From Candidatus Kuenenia stuttgartensis (GTDB lineage: Bacteria; Planctomycetota; Planctomycetia; Pirellulales; UBA1268): a DNA stretch of 61,755 nt. Numbering within the stretch: the first letter of the stretch is position 1; every line of letters begins with the position of its first letter. The notes below the pieces were generated by a model. The model was not told the DNA's origin. It saw only the letters and a program-made list of their open reading frames with translations, and searched no databases. Of this stretch, positions 8,942 to 18,082 are shown piece after piece. Both the position numbers and the translations under genes were made by a program. The stretch is taken from NCBI GenBank assembly GCA_945897435.1, contig CAMDFJ010000006.1, positions 1 to 61,755 of the forward strand, read 5' to 3'.

Positions 8942-9991
8942 TCAGGCCTCTCGCCCAGCCCGGCGGCCACCGCTGCGATCTGTACCGGGGGTGACGTCGA
9001 GTTCGAGATCGTCCTGTTCACCCCGTTCAAGACGCTCCCAGGCGATGGCTCCCATGGCGGCATTGTCGGTGCAGAGTTCCCGAGGCGGCACGAATACCGA
9101 CAGGCCTCGATTCCGACCCAGCCGTTCGAGCGACTCCCGCAGCAGCGTATTTGCCGTCACCCCGCCTCCGACCAGCAGCGAACGACAGCCTGTCCGCTCC
9201 AGTGCCAGCCCGACCTTTGCGAGGATTGCATCGACCGCGGCCTGCTGGAACGATGCCGCGAGGTCGGCCAGCCGCTGACCGGTCGGTGGCGGTGTGTCGG
9301 CAGCGGCTCCGGGCGGTCGCACGAGATATCGCAGGGCGGTCTTCAGGCCGCTGAAACTGAGATCGATCCGCGCCTGGTCGCTGGCCAGCGGCCGCGGTAA
9401 TCGATGGGCCTTCGGATTGCCACCAGTCGCCGCCCGTTCAATCTGCGGTCCGCCCGGATAACCGAGGCCGAGAAGGCTGGCCGCCTTGTCGAAGGCCTCG
9501 CCCACGGCGTCGTCGATCGTGCCTCCGAGTCGTTCGAGATCGAGCGGCCCCCGGACGCGGAAGAGCGACGTATGGCCTCCGCTGGCGACGAGTCCGACAG
9601 CGGGATAGAGGTCGGCGAGAGGGTATGCCAGCCGGCAGGCGTAGAGATGGGCTGCGATGTGGTCGTATCCGACGACCGGAATGCCGAGCGTGGCGGCGAT
9701 CCCCTTGGCGGCCGAAAGACCCACGAGCAGCGAACCGACGAGACCGGGCCTGACCGCCACGGCCACGGCCTCGAGTTGCTGCCGACCGATGCCCGACCGA
9801 GTCATCGCCTCGTCGATCACCGGAATGATCCGTTCGACATGTGCCCGGCTGGCCAGTTCCGGCACGACACCCCGCCAACGGGCATGGAGGGCGTCCTGAC
9901 TGGCGACCACGCTCGAGAGCACGAGGCGGTTTCGGGAGACGATCGCAGCGGCCGTCTCATCGCAAGTCGTTTCAATACAAAGCAGCGGCAT
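8942..9991 (-). CDS. tsaD: tRNA N6-threonylcarbamoyladenosine synthesis protein TsaD
   Basis: IETTCDET, GVVPELASRAH, HIAAH, SGGHT, DDAVGEAFDK, FSGLKT, CTDNAAM. Confidence 0.95.
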   Translation of the reverse strand: MPLLCIETTCDETAAAIVSRNRLVLSSVVASQDALHARWRGVVPELASRAHVERIIPVIDEAMTRSGIGRQQLEAVAVAVRPGLVGSLLVGLSAAKGIAATLGIPVVGYDHIAAHLYACRLAYPLADLYPAVGLVASGGHTSLFRVRGPLDLERLGGTIDDAVGEAFDKAASLLGLGYPGGPQIERAATGGNPKAHRLPRPLASDQARIDLSFSGLKTALRYLVRPPGAAADTPPPTGQRLADLAASFQQAAVDAILAKVGLALERTGCRSLLVGGGVTANTLLRESLERLGRNRGLSVFVPPRELCTDNAAMGAIAWERLERGEQDDLELDVTPGTDRSGGRRAGREA

Positions 9992-9999
9992 CGCGGAAA

Positions 10000-10005
10000 A
10001 GTCTA
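10000..10005 (-). promoter_or_regulatory. Putative -10 box TAGACT, 8 nt upstream of the tsaD ATG (leaderless-type spacing)
   Basis: Plus-strand AGTCTA at 10000-10005; ATG at 9991; no SD in between. Confidence 0.55.
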
Positions 10006-10031
10006 CCCGCCCGATGCGATGAGCGGCTCAT

Positions 10032-10232
10032 GACAGGCTGAAGCCTGTCCCACATCGGACAGAGGCCAGGGCCGGAGGCCCGGGTAAACACCAGCGACCG
10101 GAGGTCGCCAAGGAAAACTCGGCACGATGCCGAGATTTTCCGTGCAGCAGAGGCCAGGGCCGGAGGCCCGGGTAAACACCAGCGACCGGAGGTCGCCAAG
10201 GAAAACTCGGCGGGATGCCGAGATTTTCCGTG
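10032..10232 (-). repeat. Mosaic palindromic element: REP-like copy 2 (10032-10053) plus two tandem 85-bp units (10060-10144, 10148-10232; period 88), each with two hairpins
   Basis: Units differ at 2 nt at the loop of the long hairpin; hairpins GCGACC-GGA-GGTCGC and GGAAAA-CTCGGCA-CGA-TGCCGAG-A-TTTTCC. Confidence 0.9.
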
Positions 10233-10235
10233 AAT

Positions 10236-11399
10236 TCAGTAGTCGTACCAGACGCCGAAGCCGTAGCGGTTCTGGTTGTAGAACACGAACTCGTACTGCG
10301 GATCGGAGCCGTAGAGATATTCGAACCCGAGCCGGAACAGCTTCTCGCTGGCCCGTCCCCGCCAGGCCCAGCCCGTCTGCACGCAGATGTTGCCGCCCCA
10401 GTCGAGTTCCTGCCGGGTCATGCCGTTGACTGCCAGGAACGGCGTGCCCAATGCCCCGGTCGGCCGCGCCTGAATCAGTTCCGTGCCAAACTGAAATTCC
10501 CAGGGCTCCGAACCGCCGGCGTTGAAGAACGCCCAGCCGACCTCCCCGTAGAGTCGCATCCAGTCTCGCGGGTAATACGAGTTGCCCCAGACGATGCAGT
10601 CGCGGACGTAGTTGACCCTTGGAAAAGAGTGATACTTGAGCATTGCCTCGTCGCCGAGGTGGGCGCTGTTGTGATAGTAGGCGAGTTTTGTCTGCCAGCG
10701 GCCGACTCCATAGACGAGAGGAACACCAAACCGATAGTCACCCGACCGCAGATCGCGGTCATCCTCGGGGTCGAGTCGCACGAAGGCGGCACCCTCGACC
10801 TGCACCTCGAAGCCCTGCGGATGAACGACGGGATCGGATCCATACCGCAGGATCGAGACCCGACCGCCGAGCGTCGTGTCCCAAAGGGTGCCCTCTCGAC
10901 TGGAGGGCTGAAAGACTCCCGGGTCGGTGTCGAAATACATCACCGTACCGATCCGCGGCTCCTTGGGACCGGCGAGGTAACTCGTGTAGATCAGGTTGTT
11001 GGGCATGATCTGCCAGGACCAGGGTTCCGGCGCCCAGAGATCACCGATCCGATCGGACGGCAATTCATCGGGGGACAGCGGCCGCGATCGTTCCTCGGCG
11101 AACGGTTCGTAGACCACATCCGGAATCGCGCCGGGAAACATCGGATCCATCGAAGGCTGCGACTCCAGCCTCGCGGATGGCGGCGACGGGAGGGGGCTCG
11201 AAAGGCTCTCGGCCGGCGATTCCAGGGGTGTCGGGATATCGGCCGCCCTCCAGCCATCCTGGCCGTGGACTTCCAGATCAGAACCAGAGAACAGGCCGAG
11301 CATCAGCGTCACCGCCATTCCCACGATTCGCGCGCAGACGATCCGGGCCGCTGAACGGCGTTCGGACGACGAGACCGAGAGAGGTTGGGGCGTGGGCAT
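10236..11399 (-). CDS. DUF1207-like outer-membrane beta-barrel protein
   Basis: Signal-like N-terminus, YTSYLAGPKEPR, DYRFGVP, HNSAHLGDE, aromatic C-terminus YGFGVWYDY. Confidence 0.7.
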   Translation of the reverse strand: MPTPQPLSVSSSERRSAARIVCARIVGMAVTLMLGLFSGSDLEVHGQDGWRAADIPTPLESPAESLSSPLPSPPSARLESQPSMDPMFPGAIPDVVYEPFAEERSRPLSPDELPSDRIGDLWAPEPWSWQIMPNNLIYTSYLAGPKEPRIGTVMYFDTDPGVFQPSSREGTLWDTTLGGRVSILRYGSDPVVHPQGFEVQVEGAAFVRLDPEDDRDLRSGDYRFGVPLVYGVGRWQTKLAYYHNSAHLGDEAMLKYHSFPRVNYVRDCIVWGNSYYPRDWMRLYGEVGWAFFNAGGSEPWEFQFGTELIQARPTGALGTPFLAVNGMTRQELDWGGNICVQTGWAWRGRASEKLFRLGFEYLYGSDPQYEFVFYNQNRYGFGVWYDY

Positions 11400-11602
11400 G
11401 GAGGGTGGGCAGACCGCGGCTGGATATCCGCAGCGGCGAGGGAGCCAAAAACGCCGACAGACTGAGACTCAAATCGGCATCCGCAGGCAACTTCCATAGG
11501 AACATCCTGGTCGCCAGGACACGATGATGCTGCGGTGGAAAACAGGGTAAGATTGGTGCTTCGCAGTTCAACCAAGCCTCCCTGTCTTGCCGCGCCACGC
11601 AG

Positions 11603-12139
11603 ATGCCGCATTCACAATCGTCCCCTGATCCGACCGTGTCCAAGTCGAACGATGCCCAAGGCGTTCCCGTTCTGGAAGGAGTCGCCGCGGCCCTCGGAAG
11701 GATTCCCAGCGGCCTGTTTCTGGTCACATGGCGGGACCGCGGACATGACCGCCGCATGCTGGCGAGTTGGGTGATGCAGTCCGGCTTCTCGCCGCCCACA
11801 GTCACGATTGCCATCGGCACGACCCGGGATCTGCTCTCCGCTGTCACAAGCGGCACGCCGTTCGTCATCAACATGCTGGCGGAGTCACAGCGGTCGCTGC
11901 TCGGTCGATTGGGCAGGCCACAGGCCGAGGGTGAGGATGCCTTCCCGGGGGTTGAAATCCGGCGCACCCCCTCTGGCAACGCCATCATCGATTCGGTCGC
12001 CGGCTGGCTCGAGTGCCGGGCGATCTCCAGCCTCCCGGCCCACGATCACACAGTTGTCGTGGCCGAACTGCCGGCGGGGGATGCCGACGTCGAAACCACG
12101 CCTCTGGTGCACGTCCGCCGCAATGGTTTACGGTATTGA
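11603..12139 (+). CDS. Flavin reductase-like protein
   Basis: ALGRIPSGLFLVT, MLASWVMQ, WLECR, HDHTVV, HVRRNG. Confidence 0.88.
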   Translation: MPHSQSSPDPTVSKSNDAQGVPVLEGVAAALGRIPSGLFLVTWRDRGHDRRMLASWVMQSGFSPPTVTIAIGTTRDLLSAVTSGTPFVINMLAESQRSLLGRLGRPQAEGEDAFPGVEIRRTPSGNAIIDSVAGWLECRAISSLPAHDHTVVVAELPAGDADVETTPLVHVRRNGLRY

Positions 12140-12157
12140 GCAGAGGAGGAACACCTG

Positions 12158-13303
12158 ATGCACGGATCCCGTTTCTGGAGAGCGATTGGAGCCTGTCTGG
12201 TCATGGCCCTCGTCGGTTGCTCGCAGCAAGTGGCCCGCCAGGAGGCACCGCAGGCGGCAGAGGATGCCCCACCTGCCGCAGGTCTGAAGGCCCAGGCAGC
12301 CAAACGTTTCATCTTCATCACCAATGGCGACGACCCCTTCTGGGACGCTCTGCTGAGCGGACTCAAAGAGGGTGAAAAAAGGTTCGGCTGCGCCGCCGCC
12401 GGAATCAGCGTCTCCCGTGACGTCAACAACGCCTCTGCTGAGGGTCAGATCGAACGGCTTCGTCAGTACGCCACCCAGGACGACATTGCCGGCATCGCGA
12501 TCAGCGTCATTCAGGCCGACAACAAGGCGATCGCCGACGAGATGAAGAAACTCCAGGCGAAGGGCGTGAAGCTGATCACGGTCGACGGCGACGTGAATCG
12601 CGGCACATTCCGCGACGCCCGTCCCTACTACATCGGCACCGACAACATGGTCGGCGGACGCACGCTCGGCACCGCGGCCAGAGCCGTCCTCGAGGCCAAG
12701 GGACTGAAGGGTGGAGGCTACGCCCAGTTCGCCGGTTTCACCGACAATGACAATGCGAGGAGCCGGATGGACGGCGTCAGGGAGGCGCTCGGTGCCGCCT
12801 TCACCGAGCGGGACCGGATGGCGGACGAAATGGATCTTCCCCGGGCCCGGGACAACGTTCGCAACGCAATCCAAAACCACGGTGATCTTGCGGCCCTCGT
12901 CGGCATCTGGGCCTACAACGCCCCCGCCATCGCAGACGTGCTCAGTGAGAGCGGCAGCCGCAACCGCTACGTGGTCGCCACCTTCGATGCGGCCGACCTC
13001 GCCATCGGCCAGATGGAGAAGGGCAACATCGATGTGATGGTGGTCCAAAACCCGTTCGAGATGGGCGTGCGGACGGTACGACTGCTCAAGGCGATGGTGG
13101 AGAACGACGAGGCGACCGTCGCCGAAATGTTTCCGCGGGCCGGTGAGCCCGACGGCGACATCCACACCACCGGACTGCGGGTGGTCGTTCCGGCAGCCAC
13201 CTCACCCGTGAAGGCTGAGCTGTTCGACCCAGAAGTCGTCGAGTTCATGACCCTTTCCGAGTTCAGGGCCTGGCTGGCGAAGTACAACCTCACTAGTTCC
13301 TGA
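12158..13303 (+). CDS. Sugar ABC transporter substrate-binding lipoprotein (RbsB-like)
   Basis: Lipobox LVGC, ITNGDDPFW, ITVDGD, YIGTDN, VVQNPFEMG. Confidence 0.9.
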   Translation: MHGSRFWRAIGACLVMALVGCSQQVARQEAPQAAEDAPPAAGLKAQAAKRFIFITNGDDPFWDALLSGLKEGEKRFGCAAAGISVSRDVNNASAEGQIERLRQYATQDDIAGIAISVIQADNKAIADEMKKLQAKGVKLITVDGDVNRGTFRDARPYYIGTDNMVGGRTLGTAARAVLEAKGLKGGGYAQFAGFTDNDNARSRMDGVREALGAAFTERDRMADEMDLPRARDNVRNAIQNHGDLAALVGIWAYNAPAIADVLSESGSRNRYVVATFDAADLAIGQMEKGNIDVMVVQNPFEMGVRTVRLLKAMVENDEATVAEMFPRAGEPDGDIHTTGLRVVVPAATSPVKAELFDPEVVEFMTLSEFRAWLAKYNLTSS

Positions 13304-13305
13304 GC

Positions 13306-14541
13306 ATGAACCCTCCACGTCCTGCCGATCGCGGCTGGCGGCTGCCCCGTCACGAACTGGCCCTCCTGGCCGCGGTGGTGCTCGTCTTCGTGGGCACAGG
13401 CTGGCTCGACCCCAACCACACCTACTTCGCCAAGTGGGTGGAGAGCCGCGACATCATTCTGCGAAACACCTCCCTGCTCGGGATCCTCGCGTTGGGCGCA
13501 GCCGTGGTGATCATCGCGGGCGGAATCGACCTCTCGGCCGGATCGATGGTGGCATTCAGCGCCACGACCTGCGGCCTGCTGCTGACAGTCTTTGCGGATG
13601 CGGGCGACAAGCGGCTTGAAACCGTCGGCACGGCCGGTGTCGCCATGGCGATCGGCGGGGCCATGCTCTCGGGTCTGCTCGTGGGCACGCTCCACACCTG
13701 GCTGATCACCGCGATCCGGCTGCCACCATTCGTCGCCACGCTCGCCACGCTCGTCGGCCTACGGAGCTTCGCCCGGGCGATGTGCCTGTTCGTGACGAAG
13801 GAGCGCTGGGGCAGCGAGAACCAGCAGATCAATATCGGCACGCCGTTTTTCGTCTGGCTCAAGGAAAACAACGTCTGGATCTCGACGGCCACCTTCCTGG
13901 TGCTGGCGATCCTGACATGGCTGATCCTCTCCCGGACGGTGCTCGGCCGCCACATCTACGCCCTCGGTGGCAACGAGCAGGCGGCCCGACTCAGCGGCAT
14001 CCGCACCGAGAACGTGAAGTGGTTCGCCTACTGTTTCGGCAGCCTGACCGCTGCCCTCGCCGGAATCTTTCTGATGGCCGACAGCAGCGTGGCACAGCCG
14101 GGAACCATGGCCCGCGGCTACGAACTCAACGCGATTGCCGCGGCCGTCGTGGGGGGCTGCAGTCTGCAGGGTGGCGTGGGCACGGTGACCGGCACGGTGC
14201 TCGGATCCCTCTTCCTGCGGGTCGTGATCGATTCGGTTTCCAAGCTCATCAAGGCGAGTGCCGACGTCTACGAAGGGATGATCGTCGGAATCATCGTCGC
14301 TCTGGCCGTCACCCTGACCCAGTTCGGCGGGCTGGCGAAGACGGGACATGCGCTCTTTGCCGGCGCCCGCGGCCTGGCCGCCATTCCCACGATCGCCATC
14401 TTCGCCGGCCTGCTCGCGATGATGGCCGCTGCCAACATCGATGCCTTCCGGGGACGCACCGGTCTGCTCGGGGCGGCGGTCGGCCTGGGCTCGCTCCTGC
14501 TGCTCGCCGCCGTCCGCAGGCTGCAGGACCGCCGCCCGTGA
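13306..14541 (+). CDS. Sugar ABC transporter permease (RbsC-like) with C-terminal hydrophobic extension
   Basis: GGIDLSAG, PPFVATL, GRHIYALGGNEQAARLSGI, YELNAIAAAVVGG. Confidence 0.92.
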   Translation: MNPPRPADRGWRLPRHELALLAAVVLVFVGTGWLDPNHTYFAKWVESRDIILRNTSLLGILALGAAVVIIAGGIDLSAGSMVAFSATTCGLLLTVFADAGDKRLETVGTAGVAMAIGGAMLSGLLVGTLHTWLITAIRLPPFVATLATLVGLRSFARAMCLFVTKERWGSENQQINIGTPFFVWLKENNVWISTATFLVLAILTWLILSRTVLGRHIYALGGNEQAARLSGIRTENVKWFAYCFGSLTAALAGIFLMADSSVAQPGTMARGYELNAIAAAVVGGCSLQGGVGTVTGTVLGSLFLRVVIDSVSKLIKASADVYEGMIVGIIVALAVTLTQFGGLAKTGHALFAGARGLAAIPTIAIFAGLLAMMAAANIDAFRGRTGLLGAAVGLGSLLLLAAVRRLQDRRP

Positions 14542-16049
14542 CCACGCCCATCGTCGCCTTTCGCGGTGTCGGCAAGCGGTTCCAGGGGGTCGTCGCGCTC
14601 TCCGACGTGACGTTTGAACTCCAGCCGGGCGAGTGCCATGCCATCTGCGGCGAGAACGGCGCCGGCAAAAGCACCCTCATGAAGATCCTCTCCGGAGTGA
14701 TCACGGAACACGAAGGTGAGATCCTCGTCCGTGGCCAGCCGGTCAGTTTTCGGGGCACTCGTGACGCCGAATCGGCCGGTATCGCGATCATCCATCAGGA
14801 ACTCAATCTCGTCGAACAACTCCCCGCGGCGGCGAACATCTTCCTCGGACGCGAACGGCGAACGCGGCTTGGACTGCTCGACGATGCCGCCATGGAGCTG
14901 GAGGCGGGATCGCTCCTCGCCGGCCTCGACTGCCAGATCGACCCGCGTGTGCCGGCGGGCTCGCTTCGGGTCGGCGACCAGCAGCTGCTCGAAATCGCCA
15001 AGGCTCTTTCCCTTCAGAGCGACGTGCTCATCATGGACGAGCCAACCAGCGCCCTGACGGAGGCAGAGGTCGCGAGACTCTACCGGGTGATCGCCCAACT
15101 TCGGGAGCGGGGAGTCACGATTCTCTACATCTCCCACAAGATGGATGAGGTCTTCCGGCTGGCCGACCGGATCACGGTGCTCCGCGACGGCCGTCAGGTT
15201 CGAACGGTCCCGCGGTCGGCCACGACTCCGAAGGAGATCACAGGCTGGATGGTGGGCAGAGAGATCGCCGGCCAGCAGTTCCACCAGGCCCGTCCTCGCG
15301 GCCGTCGGCTGCTCGAGGTGCGCGGACTCACCCTCCCCTGGCCGGGCCATCCCCGCGGCTACCGGCTCAAGGATATCGACCTCGAACTGCATGCGGGAGA
15401 GGTGCTCGGCGTGGCGGGGCTGATGGGAGCGGGCCGCACGGAACTGCTCGAGGTCATCTTCGGGGCCGCCGGCCTCGACTGGACCGGCGAGATCCGACTC
15501 GAGGACGAACCGGTCCGGTTTGCCCACCCGGGCGAGGCCTGCGCGGCCCGGGTCGCGATGGTGACGGAAGACCGCAAGCGACTGGGACTGTTTCCCGAAC
15601 TCGATGTCGCCGGCAACGTGAGCATTGCCAGTCTTGGGAGGGCCTCCGCCGGCGGACTCGTCTGGCGGGCCCGCGAGGAGGCACTCGTCGCCCCCATGAT
15701 CCGCGAGACGGGCGTCAAGGCGGCCGGGCCCCAGGCTTCGATCATGGGACTCTCCGGAGGCAATCAGCAGAAGTGCATCCTCGGCCGCTGGCTTCTCACC
15801 GAGCCACGGCTGCTGCTGCTTGACGATCCCACCCGGGGCATCGATGTCGGGGCCAAGGCCGAACTCTACACCCTGATCGACGGTCTCTGCCGCAGGGGCA
15901 TGGGGGTGATCCTGACGTCGAGCGAATTGCCGGAACTGCTGACGCTCGCCGACCGGATCATCGTGCTCGCCGAGGGAAGGCTGACCGCTGAGTTTGCCCG
16001 CGATGAGGCGACCGAGGCGGCGATCATGGAGGCAGCGATGGCGTGTTAG
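14538..16049 (+). CDS. Sugar ABC transporter ATP-binding protein (RbsA-like, two NBDs)
   Basis: GTG start overlapping permease stop (GTGA); GENGAGKSTL, MDEPT, YISHK, LSGGNQQK, DDPTRGIDVGAK. Confidence 0.93.
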   Translation: MTTPIVAFRGVGKRFQGVVALSDVTFELQPGECHAICGENGAGKSTLMKILSGVITEHEGEILVRGQPVSFRGTRDAESAGIAIIHQELNLVEQLPAAANIFLGRERRTRLGLLDDAAMELEAGSLLAGLDCQIDPRVPAGSLRVGDQQLLEIAKALSLQSDVLIMDEPTSALTEAEVARLYRVIAQLRERGVTILYISHKMDEVFRLADRITVLRDGRQVRTVPRSATTPKEITGWMVGREIAGQQFHQARPRGRRLLEVRGLTLPWPGHPRGYRLKDIDLELHAGEVLGVAGLMGAGRTELLEVIFGAAGLDWTGEIRLEDEPVRFAHPGEACAARVAMVTEDRKRLGLFPELDVAGNVSIASLGRASAGGLVWRAREEALVAPMIRETGVKAAGPQASIMGLSGGNQQKCILGRWLLTEPRLLLLDDPTRGIDVGAKAELYTLIDGLCRRGMGVILTSSELPELLTLADRIIVLAEGRLTAEFARDEATEAAIMEAAMAC

Positions 16050-16058
16050 GATTCCCGG

Positions 16059-17090
16059 ATGGATCCTTTCGACGCCGAACGCTACTCGAGACAGGTGCGA
16101 TTTCCGCCACTCGGTCCGGAGGGGCAGGCGAAACTCTCCGCCGGACGGGTCGCGGTGGTGGGCTGCGGTGCCCTCGGCAGTGTCGTGACGCTGGCCCTGG
16201 CCCGGGCCGGCATCGGCTACCTGCGGCTGATCGATCGAGACGTTCCCGAGATCAGCAACCTTCCCCGCCAGGTGCTGTTCGACGACGCCGACGTCAGGGC
16301 AGGCCTGCCGAAGTCGGTGGCGGCAGCCCGCCAGCTGGAGCGGGTGCATTCTGGCACCGTGCTCGAGCCGCTCGTCGCCGATCTGACGGCTGCCACGAGC
16401 GACCGCCTGCTCTCGGGCGTCGATCTGGTCGTCGATGGCAGCGACAGTTTCGAGACGCGGTTCATCATCAATGAGTTTTCCTGCAGCCGGGGCATTCCCT
16501 GGGTGCACGGAGGCGCGATCGGGGCCGAGGGCCGCGTGCTGACCATCCTTCCCGGCCGGACGGCATGCCTGCGTTGCCTGATCCCGGATCCGCCCGCCTT
16601 CGGCGCACTTCCCACCTGCGAGACCGCCGGCGTGCTCGGCACGGCGGCGCTCGTGGTCGGCGCGGTCGAGGCCAACGAGGCGATCCGGCTGCTCGCCGGC
16701 GACCGCGTTGGCCTCGGTAATCGGCTCTTCGTCTGCGATCTCTGGGCCGGCCAATGGAGGACGATCGACCTTGGACCACTGGCTGTCGAGGGCTGCCCGA
16801 CCTGCCGGGGCGGCGACTTCCCCTGGCTCGAAGGCCGAACTGGCTGCCAGGTGGCGCGGATCTGCGGCCGCGATGCCGTACAGATTGCTTCGGCGGGCGC
16901 CGGCGTCGATCTCGACCGTCTCGGTCGCCGACTCGCCGAGGTGGCCACCGTCACCACCAACGCCTGGATGCTCAGGGCCGAGGTCGAGCCGGGCATCGTC
17001 CTCTCGGTATTCGCGGACGGCCGGTCGCTCGTCGCCGGCACCCGTGATGAGACGCGGGCCCGGGCGATCGTCGCCCGTTACGTCGGCTGA
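16059..17090 (+). CDS. ThiF/MoeB family adenylyltransferase
   Basis: RYSRQ, GCGALG, DRD..EISNLPRQ, CLRC and CPTC zinc motifs, CGRDAVQI tail. Confidence 0.9.
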   Translation: MDPFDAERYSRQVRFPPLGPEGQAKLSAGRVAVVGCGALGSVVTLALARAGIGYLRLIDRDVPEISNLPRQVLFDDADVRAGLPKSVAAARQLERVHSGTVLEPLVADLTAATSDRLLSGVDLVVDGSDSFETRFIINEFSCSRGIPWVHGGAIGAEGRVLTILPGRTACLRCLIPDPPAFGALPTCETAGVLGTAALVVGAVEANEAIRLLAGDRVGLGNRLFVCDLWAGQWRTIDLGPLAVEGCPTCRGGDFPWLEGRTGCQVARICGRDAVQIASAGAGVDLDRLGRRLAEVATVTTNAWMLRAEVEPGIVLSVFADGRSLVAGTRDETRARAIVARYVG

Positions 17091-18082
17091 CCCCGGCCTT
17101 GGATGATCGGGCCTTCGACGATCAGATACCCGGCCCAGTCCCAGGTCGGAGGCGACTGACGGCCGTCGCAGTTCCAGGCCGCGAGATCGGCCTGCAGTCG
17201 ATCGCAGTCTTTTCTGGCCTGAACCGGCAGAGCGCCGGGGCCTGAAGCCGACTCCCGCAGTGCGACGAGCGGGAGTCCGGGATCGGAATCCCGCCAGGAC
17301 ACGTCGGGAACCGCATCCGGCGGTAGCCGAACCGCGATGAAGTCCAGCCCCGGCCTGTCTTCGGCAGCCTGTTTTCGGCGCAGGGTCGAGCCATTCGCCT
17401 CGATGCCGACGAGCATCGTTCCCTTGGAGTTCCGCACTGCCGCTGCCAGATCCTCGCGGCCGGCAGGCAGGATGGCCAGCACCACGGACGGATGCCGCGA
17501 CCACGCCTCCAGCCCGGCGACCGCGGTCTCGTACGGGCTCTGCAAACCGACCCGCGCCGCGATCGCCAGGCCAGACAGGTCCGCCGCAGTGCAGATCGGG
17601 TCGGACGGTTCTTCGATCACCGCGACGGCCCCCGTCCCCAGGATGGCATCCAGTTCGGCGACAGCGTCCGGGCAGGGAATGCCACGCGGCACCCAGCGTC
17701 GCCCGTCGAGCCAGAACGACCGCCCGCGGACGCCCGAGCGGCGGAGCCCCACGAGCCCGCGATACGAGACCTCATTCGCCGCCACTTCGAGCCGGGCGTC
17801 AATCCGGTAAAGACTGGGCGATTCGGGCGTCCAATACGACGGCTCCGTCAGGATCGCCCGGGCCGCCGGCCGCGGCCCCGGACCGAGATCGACGAATCTG
17901 GTGGTCACCGGCAGCGTCGTGCCACGAATGCACTCGGGTCCGGAGATCGTTCCGCTGAGCGAGATCGGCCCGACAACGGCCTCGATCGCGGCGCCGTCGA
18001 ATGACAGATACACCTCCGCCCGCAGGTCGTCGGCCCGGCCGAGCCGGCAGTCACATCGAGGTGGACGGCCACCGACGGCCAT
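17078..18082 (-). CDS. Hypothetical protein resembling a degenerate GH2 Ig/TIM-barrel fragment
   Basis: EPSYWTPESPSLY, GLRR..VRGRSFWLDGRRWVPRG, SRHPSV; TGATG coupling to upstream gene. Confidence 0.55.
   Translation of the reverse strand: MAVGGRPPRCDCRLGRADDLRAEVYLSFDGAAIEAVVGPISLSGTISGPECIRGTTLPVTTRFVDLGPGPRPAARAILTEPSYWTPESPSLYRIDARLEVAANEVSYRGLVGLRRSGVRGRSFWLDGRRWVPRGIPCPDAVAELDAILGTGAVAVIEEPSDPICTAADLSGLAIAARVGLQSPYETAVAGLEAWSRHPSVVLAILPAGREDLAAAVRNSKGTMLVGIEANGSTLRRKQAAEDRPGLDFIAVRLPPDAVPDVSWRDSDPGLPLVALRESASGPGALPVQARKDCDRLQADLAAWNCDGRQSPPTWDWAGYLIVEGPIIQGRGQPT

Noticed and set aside
10060-10232. Possible mini-CRISPR array
   Set aside because: The sequence between palindromes is identical rather than unique spacers; only two units; no cas genes
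13782-14537. Long N-terminal extensions in track ORFs 13782..16049, 41146..42981 and 52669..54381 suggesting fusions
   Set aside because: They are alternative frames over the upstream gene; real starts at about 14538, 42078 and 53407
14268-17504. 1078-aa minus-strand ORF
   Set aside because: Antisense shadow of the ABC ATPase and ThiF genes; no motifs; typical of high-GC DNA
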